From Eledone cirrhosa (lineage: Eukaryota), in assembly GCA_964016885.1 (NCBI GenBank), contig OZ024742.1, positions 327,670,001-327,734,000 of the forward strand: 64,000 bases of DNA. The letters run 5' to 3'. The notes below the pieces were generated by a model. That model ran no database searches and was not told where the DNA came from. It was given only the letters and a program-made list of their open reading frames with translations. The position numbers were made by a program, and so were the translations under genes. Every line of letters starts with the position of its first letter. Position 1 is the stretch's first letter. Shown here piece after piece: positions 54,866-64,000 of this stretch.

Positions 54866-55295
54866 GCATCATCATCATCATCATCATCGTCGTCATCATC
54901 TTCGTCCCCAAGACACCCCTGCTACTCCCCCACACCATCACAATCATTATCATCATTACCCCACAACCTCAACCTCCACCAACACCATGATCATCATCAC
55001 CGCCACCGCCACCGCCACCACCACCATCACTATTATCATCATGGTATTCATCCGCACTTTTATCATTATGATCATCATCATTTGCTGCAGCAGCAAATAG
55101 TAACACCGCCACCACCATCATCACCACCACTACCAACAACAATGACACCGTAACCAAGCTTCTGGAGATTATACTGAGCTGGAAGCAAAAGTGCCCCCAT
55201 CACCACCTCCACCACCACTGCCACCGCCACCACCACCACCTCCACCACTGCCACCACCACCACCACCAACACCGCCACCACCACCACCACTATCA
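54055..55295. repeat. Compound (CAT)n/(CCT)n/(CGT)n/(CAC)n trinucleotide arrays
   Basis: Long near-pure CAT run at about 54440-54900. Confidence 0.96.
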
Positions 55296-55940
55296 TATAA
55301 GAAGAGACGGTAAATTAGAAGCAATTTCACGCCTTCAAGATTATATTTACTGTAAAACAGATGTGGGAGATGACTTCACCAGTTATTGCTGGCTACTTTT
55401 CATTCACGGACTGTCATCCAGACACTGTCACTAACTCTTGCATAACACGCACGCACACACACACACACACATATATATATATAGGCACAAGCACACACAC
55501 ATATATACATACATATATATGTCTGCCCGTCTGTGTATGTGCGTGGTATGCAAAAGTTAGTGAAGTTCTAATAGTCGTAATTCAGCTCAGACAAAGTAAA
55601 TTTATGATCAAGAAACATTGTAGTTTTGTCCATCCCATTGTTTTGTTGTCTCCAGCGAACCCAGATCCCCGTGGTTCATTGTCTCACTTTCCAAGTTTGT
55701 TGGCCAGTATTTGAGGAATGTATGATTGTTATTTTTGGTCGTTCTCTTCTTGACTAATTTTTGATGTAGTTGTTAGTAGTTGTTAGTAACTGTGGGGTCA
55801 AATTGCCAGAACCAGCGACCTTTAAACAAACATGAGGCCGTCAAGGGCTCAATCCATAAAGAGGTGTATTATTGAACCTTAAAGTATTACCTCGTTATAC
55901 AGATTTGTATAATTAAATTAAATTATATAATATAAGTATA

Positions 55941-56028
55941 GGTGTTCTGAAATAGCGATTTATATGAATGTCCGTATAGTATATTATACTATAGGTGCAT
56001 TCATATATACATCGCTACTTCAGAGCAC
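55941..56028. repeat. Imperfect palindrome
   Basis: GTGTTCTGAAATAGCGAT..TATAGTATA|TTATACTATA..ATCGCTACTTCAGAGCAC. Confidence 0.7.
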
Positions 56029-56344
56029 ATAAACTAATTTCTAATTTTTAATGGGCCGGCACCCGCTCTGTATGTTAATGAGTTTAAATAGCTCACAAAT
56101 ATAACTGGAATTCTATAAGAATCCAGCTTCTATAACTCTTGGCAGAAAAGAAGGGGTATGTAGTCTTGACAACCAAGTGAGAAACAGTACTACCGTCGAT
56201 TTCTCCTCTTTGCTTCTGCCGAGACTAAGTATGTAACGTAGTCACTACTTCAAAATTCATAGCGAATGGTCTTCAAAATGTTATTAAATAAACATACAGT
56301 ATTTTATCAAATATCTTATACGTACATTAGATATATAATAATGG

Positions 56345-56538
56345 ATTGGCGGTGTATTGGCAGTATCGGCAGAGGGTCGGACGCCATACTTTGACGCATA
56401 GAGTTACGTCCCTTGCCATTCTGAGTTCAAATCCCGTCGAGGTTAACTTTGCCTTTCATCCTTACGGGGTCGATAAAATAAAGTACCAGTAATGCACTGG
56501 GATAATTGCTGGCCTTGTGCCAAAAGTAGAAACAATTA
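56345..56538 (+). mobile_element. SINE family 1, full copy
   Basis: Near-identical to 8931-9120. Confidence 0.88.
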
Positions 56539-59353
56539 AATATATAATAATTTCCTGCAATCAATAAATAATTCACTAAACCTCACTGCGGCTAAGCAGC
56601 ATTGTAGAAGTAGCCATAGTAGTGGAGTAGTTGGTATGGTAGTGTGGCTTGTCATAAAATTTGAAAAAAGAATTAGAAGAAAAAGATTTTTTTTTGCGTT
56701 TTATTTTTTTATTAGAATTGTAGAGGCGAGCTACGCTCCGGGTGTGTTGTCACCCACCGTTCCTTATAGGACGTCTGTAGCAGTGTTCTGGAAATATCCC
56801 AAACGATGGAGATAGTTGTAGTTGTATGGTGTTATGGGATGTCACATGATTTCTGTGGATGAGTTTGAACTGTGAAGCAGAAAATGCGGGCTTAGTAATT
56901 TTCTTAATGTTGTCAGAATAAGAGGTTTGGAAGTAAGAGGTTTAGAAAACTAGGTTTGTCAGCTTAACATACTAAGTTGAAATTATATTATTTGGGAGAA
57001 TCAGGCGTATAACTGAGATGAAGTGGTGCATATTGTAAAGCCAGCCGAGAGTGCACCAGCACCAGCTTTGAATGTACCACGGTAGAATGTACAAAACAGG
57101 AATAAGTACCGCAAATCATTTCACCCAACATGGTCCTAGTTTTGCCAATCCACTGCCCATGCACTGGTAATTTTTTATCGACCTCGAGGGGTTGAAAGGC
57201 ATCGTTGACTTCGATGGGATTTAAACTCAGTGCACAGAGAGACATACAATTTATACAAAGCATACATTCCAATACCCTAAGAACTCTTTTATTTCACCGC
57301 AATGTAAGATATTAAAACATGGTCAAACTTTGTGGAGAAAAATGTCTCATGTTGATGCACAGTCTGCAACTGGCGGAGTTTAACGTCAAAGTAGTATGTG
57401 CTCTTGGGTTCAAATCTTATTGTCGACGAGGCCGCATAGGTTGTTGTTTGGTCAGCCCCATGTTTGCCCTAATCAGCAAACACCTATGACCAAAGACATT
57501 ATAGCCGTGACCATCATGTCGTTTTTCAGTACCGTATCCATTTATTCAGACGTTAGGGATTGATCTGAAAGAGATTTGGCTGCTATAATTAGCATGAAGA
57601 TGAATAAATAGAGATCTGTATGCTGAATCGTGGCCTCTTAAATTGTTGTAGCTTCAAGTCAGCCTTAATCGAACAGATCCTTGATCAACTCATTCCATCC
57701 ATGGCCCTCCAATTTCAATATAAATATATAATATGTAGAACTACATTATTTAATAGTTTCATCCTTTTTCTTAACATGACAGTATGTGATATGAGAAAAA
57801 CTTGGTACCCATGTTTAACATGCCAAGTGACCACAAGAATCGTGGTCTATATTCACTTTTGAATGTGTATTTTATATAACGTTGAAGTTTATATTGATAA
57901 TTATTCTATATAATGTAGCCTAGTGATTAGGGTGTTAGGCTCATATTAATAAGGTCGGGGATTCGATTCCCAGACTGGGTAATGCGTTATGTTCATGATC
58001 AAGGCACTTAATTTAACATTGCTCAATTTTATTTAGCTGAAAATGAGTACCAGCGGCAAATAGAAGTCAGCCCTATGATGGAATGTCATTCCACCCCGAG
58101 GGTTTTATTCAGTCACCTAACGTCCAGGAAACAAATGGCTTCGTGGCCCTTGAAAGCATAAGAAATGGACATAAAACGATAACTCAGATGGGTAGTTTTG
58201 CTATTTCTGTTATTTAATCCTAGGTTGGCCTTGATCGAGTACAACAACGAGCAAACTGCCTTCAAGCCATAATTATCCCGTCTTGATCTCAGCAAAAATG
58301 TACCCCCAGGCAAGATTCTCTACCATGCTCTACATTTGAGTCTTTAGGGGTTGTGTTTGACATCTGTCTGTTGTCTGTAGTAGGTTAGGATACCACTTTC
58401 TCTTTAGAAGTGTGTCGGCTGTGGGTTATTAAGGTATTGGCGGAGTATTAATTTAGCCGTAGTAGTATATAGGGTGGAAGGAATTACTTAGATACTTGTA
58501 TGCTCTAAGTGAGCCTGTGGTTAGAGTTATATATGGGAAACGGATGGACCTCACCATCAGGGCTCCAGATATTTCTTCTTCTTCGCCCACTTATTTCTGA
58601 GAGGGTCATGGGGACAGAGTCCTCAAACAATCCTTCTAGCGGGTCCTGTCAGAAGCAACCTTCTCAACAGAACAACCTACTCATAAAATTAACTTATAAG
58701 TGATATGATATAGATACTTGTACCCTTAACGTAGTTCATAAAATGATTCAGCGTGATAGACTGTTTGACAAAGCTGACCCTTTGAATAATCGCACGGTCG
58801 ATCCACGGGCTTCCGAATGGTTTGCATTTACCCAATCTCACTAACACTGCACAAGATAAATGACATATACCCAATATGATACATGACTTCACACACACGG
58901 CTTTGGTTGAGCTGAGTATATGGTAAATGACACATGCCTAAGATTCAACGCAGTGGGATAGAACCCGGGATTTAAGTATTTCGGAGCGAACTCTTTAGCC
59001 ATTTGTTCACGACTATTATCTGTGAGCAAGTATTTACCAGACAGATGTCGCCATGTTTATATCCGTTCACTCACTACTTCGCTTTTTTGTTTCAGTTTGT
59101 GTCGACTGAATTATCTAAGCTCCCAGCCATTATTATTCCAACTAGCATTCACGATACCCATATTAAAGCATTACCTGGTTATCTTTAGCTAAACGGATGG
59201 ATGTTTGATAATAGTTATGATCAATGCTTTATGTGTAGAATCGTAAAGGTCTGATTGGATAATTCCTGTATTGCAAAATACACCCACACAAACAGTTACA
59301 TACACACATATATAAGTGAGTGCAATTGTGAATATACTTATTACGTAACATGT

Positions 59354-59425
<72 letters not shown>

Positions 59426-59455
59426 CATATATATATGTATGTATATATATATATC

Positions 59456-59565
<110 letters not shown>

Positions 59566-59595
59566 CATATATATATATGTGTATATATATATATC

Positions 59596-59675
<80 letters not shown>

Positions 59676-59752
59676 GTGCATACAAATAGATTTATGGATG
59701 TATGTGTGTGTATGTGCAGCATAGAGGTTTATACATACATACACATACATAC

Positions 59753-59791
<39 letters not shown>

Positions 59792-60027
59792 CATATATAC
59801 ACATATATATGTATATATATATGTATATATATATATAACATACGTATATATGTGTAACTGAGTGTCCGTGTATATATTTAATTGCAGCTACGATATATAA
59901 TTATGTCCATGTGCATATTCCAGAAATGTAGACAACACTCGCCATAACAAAACATACATACATACAGACATGCGTACATATATATTTGTGTGTGTGTGTT
60001 TGCGTGTGTTTGTGTGTGTATGTATAC

Positions 60028-60072
<45 letters not shown>

Positions 60073-60840
60073 TATAAATATATTCGTACATATACTTCTA
60101 TATATATATATACACACATATATATGTAGATTTATATATGTATATATATCTATATATGTATACGTAAGTATATGCATGTATATATACATATATATGTTTA
60201 TATCTATATATGTGTGTATATATATGTATTTATGTGTATATATATGTATATATTAATATATAGCTACATGTATATATATATATATATGTATGTATATATA
60301 TATATATGTGTGTGTGTGTTTATATATATATATATATATAGATAAATAGTTTGATAGATAAAGTGATGTATATATATATATATACAAACACAGAAGAAAA
60401 AAACATTCATCTGTACACATTCTAATCACTTGGAAGGAAGCAATGTGATTTATCCAACACAACGATCGCCATAATGACAGTAGCTTGTCTGAGAGGTCAG
60501 GCGTTCACGTGACATTTTTAGAGCCAAAATGTCTCTATAGCATTCGATGCTCTTGACAAGTGACCGTTAAAAGACGACAGGCGCTTCCGCCATCAATGAA
60601 CAACTACATGTCCATAACAGTTTAATGACCAACCTCTATTAACACACCACTTTCTTGCCAGTCTACTGCAGAAAGACATTTTGTTCGGTGAGCATATATA
60701 TATGTTAATGTGAGTAGTAGGGTTGTAAGTGTGTCTGTGCGTGTGTGTGTAGAAATATCCCCACTTTGAGCATCGTCTGCAGCACTCCATCAACGCTGCC
60801 GGTAACACAAACGCACACGCATAAACTGAAACACCTCGGC

Positions 60841-60904
<64 letters not shown>

Positions 60905-60905
60905 T

Positions 60906-61012
<107 letters not shown>

Positions 61013-61221
61013 ACATACTAGTCAACCTGTCTATCTGTGTGTCAGTCTGTTTCTATGTATGCCCACACAGACATATATAGAAATAGTTTTATACATTTGT
61101 CTTTTTATTTATTTATTTATTTATTTATTCATATGAACACACATTAAGTATACGTAGATCAGCCTGAGACCATTACCATTACAATAATATTAAGGTAACA
61201 TTATACGGAGCGTCAGAACAC

Positions 61222-61257
<36 letters not shown>

Positions 61258-61473
61258 ATATTTTTCTGCCTGTCTGTCTCCCCCCCCCTCTCTCTCGCTA
61301 TATATAAAATATATATATATATATATATAAAAGGAAGGAAATGTGGTAAGTATGACCCCGACGGCAGAGCTGAAGCCGTTTCGACGGCTAATCCTGGACT
61401 GAATTAGCCGTCCAGAATTAGCCGTCGAAACGGTTTGAGCTCTGCCGTCGGGGTCATACGTGTTCCTATATAT

Positions 61474-61523
<50 letters not shown>

Positions 61524-61650
61524 TCATACATACACATATATATATAGTTGGAGAAATAAAACAAAATAAAGACTGGGATGCAAAAATACTAGGAACACTC
61601 TTGTAATTATGAAAAATGTATACATACATGGTAGCGATTTTTATTGTATA

Positions 61651-62730
61651 CTAGCAGTAAAGCCCGGCGTTGCTCGGGGTCGCTCAGTAGCTGTGTTAAA
61701 GTTACAATGTTAAGTTTCTTTTTTGGCTTAAAAACTGTAGTGTCTACTGTGCAGACTTGCATGTGGTGTTTTTGATTAATATTCCCTCAACCAACAATAT
61801 GCCTTATGAAGTTAAGAAAACATAACGATAACCCGAATGTTATAACAAAAGAGGATGCTGGGGATAAAAACTGCACTGGTTATTTATTAACAAAGATCGA
61901 AAATGTAAACACTGCAACGCAGAGAAAAACATTAGCGTAACCAAATTATCAGTTATGTCTGTCTGCACGCCTATATCACCTCTCTGCACGACTGTCTGTC
62001 TGCACGCCTATATCACCTCTCTGCACGACTGTCTGTCTGCACGCCTATATCACCTCTCTGCACGACTGTCTGTCTGCACGCGTATATCACCTCTCTGCAC
62101 GACTGTCTGTCTGCACGCGTATATCACCTCTCTGCACGACTGTCTGTCTGCACGACTGTCTGTCTGCACGACTGTCTGTCTGCACGACTGTCTGTCTGCA
62201 CGCCTAACGAAATTTACAGATACATATATTTTAAATAAACTTATATAATTTTTGCTTTTTTTTACGAAATATTTGCTTGTTTTACGTAGTCTTTAAATAG
62301 ACTTGTTTTCAAGTAAAAATATTGTTTTAAAAGGCTTTTAAATGGAAATGAAGCAAAACGGAAGCTTAGTGTTCGAACTGATGAATTTTGCAGGTCAAAA
62401 TTTTGCTGGCTCGACAACTGTTCGTGTATTGTGTTAATGTCATTTTAAACGCTGAGAAAGCCAGCGTAATTTTTTTAATTTTTGCACGCAGACGCTCAAT
62501 GTAAACAGAACAAAGGGAAATAACTGATCACTTACGCTCAAAAATCGATACATTATATTCGATTTCGTCAGATAGGGCGGGTCAATTTGAAATATTTTTT
62601 TTCCGATGTCTTCGCTAGGGCTCAATGTACAAGTATAGCAATTTCGGTGCAATTCCGTGAGAGATTCTAAGAGGAGATGTGTGCCAAAAATCGATAGACA
62701 GACAGACAACCTCAGTTTTATATATATAGA
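61651..62730 (-). mobile_element. Non-autonomous Helitron
   Basis: Minus strand: A|TCTATATATATAAAA 5' end with (GTCT)n; 3' hairpin CCCGAGCAACGCCGGG then CTAG|T; inserted between A and T with no TSD. Confidence 0.8.
61956..62203. repeat. 37-bp minisatellite (5 copies) decaying into a 16-bp sub-unit (about 4 copies), inside the Helitron
   Basis: TGTCTGTCTGCACGCCTATATCACCTCTCTGCACGAC; then TGTCTGTCTGCACGAC. Confidence 0.92.
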
Positions 62731-63440
62731 TAAACATATCAGATATGCTTTCAATATATTATGAACCAAGCTATGTTAGTACTACTGCTAAGTAATTGTC
62801 GCTGGCGAAGTTCACACCGTATGCAAATTAGTATCACGAGCCGACGTCTCATACGGTTATTCGAGTCTCAGTATCGAATGAGAAAATGTCACCGATGACG
62901 GATAAAACTCAGAAACAGCTGGCTGCCTTACCACCGGCTACTGTGATAAATATGACATGATCACAACTTAAAATATTCATATCGAGACACTTGTATGATT
63001 ATTAAACATAAACATGTCATATATGTTTTCATATACACCCTTATAATATATATATGTATATAAGCATGTCTGAATGTGTGTGTGTGTGTGTGTGGGCAAA
63101 TTTGAACGATTTAGTTGAAGTGATTAATTTAGCTCTTTGCAGTCTAAAATGGTCAGAAAACTTCGATGTGCGATAAACACGCACATAAATTGTAGCACAT
63201 ATCGAAATAGATGTGTGTTTTGGTAGATTGGGAAGAATATATAATTGCTCCCCCCTCCCCCCGGTTCCACCGCCACTGTATATATATATAATTAAAAAGA
63301 AAATTATGCTCTGTGTTCTTTCCTAAGGGCTTAATATATCGAGTTTCTTCGCATTTAGTTGAAACTGGTATTATACCCAAGTTATTTATCTCCTATATAT
63401 ATAGATATGTGTATCCCGGGTGCAGTCGGGAATAACCACA

Positions 63441-63503
<63 letters not shown>

Positions 63504-63504
63504 T

Positions 63505-63549
<45 letters not shown>

Positions 63550-64000
63550 CTTTTATTATGGCTATTGGTGAGGTGTGTTACTAAAAAATTTCACCTGCGC
63601 ACTCATAGGATCCCCAGTCTTATTGATGATTCTGTGGGTACGTAGATGAGACTCTAGAGTAACAAGGCCTAGCCATGATAAATTAATATTTAAAATCTAC
63701 TTCGGTATTGAGTTTTCATTCTTACGTCCTTTAATAATTGACGTACTCTCAGCACTTGAATAATCGTCCCCACCCCCGTTTATTAATTTTTTATTTCCCT
63801 CGCACCTCCCAGCTGCTTCTCAAACTTTGCTAATCTATCACCGGCGAAATTTTACTGTAAATGATTCATATTGATACTGCAACTGGAGAATCTAATAATT
63901 TTATTTTACATTAAAAAAACAACAACATTATAATTAACAAAAGGGCAGTGGATTGGCTGTATCAATAGAGGGTCGGACGCCATGCTTTGACGCATAGAGT

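Noticed and set aside
54075-55100. 341-aa poly-His/Pro ORF and similar [15 protein letters not shown] ORFs throughout the window
   Set aside because: Translations of microsatellites that lack stop codons; no domain content.
61956-62203. CRISPR-like array
   Set aside because: Head-to-tail tandem units with no unique spacers, eukaryotic context, no cas genes. The same applies to 26294-26696.
62378-62410. CTGATGA matches here and near 51655-51665 (-) and 4858-4866 (-)
   Set aside because: No properly placed GAAA, stem III or stem I; treated as chance matches.

Overview
AT-rich, microsatellite-dense animal genomic DNA, most likely cephalopod/octopus (inferred from the SINE and microsatellite landscape, not proven). 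I found no host protein-coding gene. The window holds a small tRNA cluster (Glu-CTC, Arg-TCG, one Glu pseudogene) with the 3' end of a CRE-like (REL-endonuclease) retrotransposon between the tRNAs. It also holds two Naiad-type Penelope-like elements (PLEs; RT + GIY-YIG) with inverted pLTRs, one of them almost intact, and a full-length intact Tx1/L1-type LINE with a 22-bp TSD at an (ATCT)n array. Other content: tRNA-derived SINEs, piggyBac- and Tc1-type MITEs, a non-autonomous Helitron carrying a minisatellite, and a 200-N gap. The most striking signal, read by eye, is about 25 type-I hammerhead-ribozyme (HHR) motifs. They lie in roughly ten families of short fold-back PLE derivatives inserted in (TA)n. 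They include a family with a fixed U3-A8 core variant, families with a shared enlarged stem II, and a covarying 'TACTC..GAGTA' hairpin just past the point where each element's genomic 3' end fuses to (TA)n.
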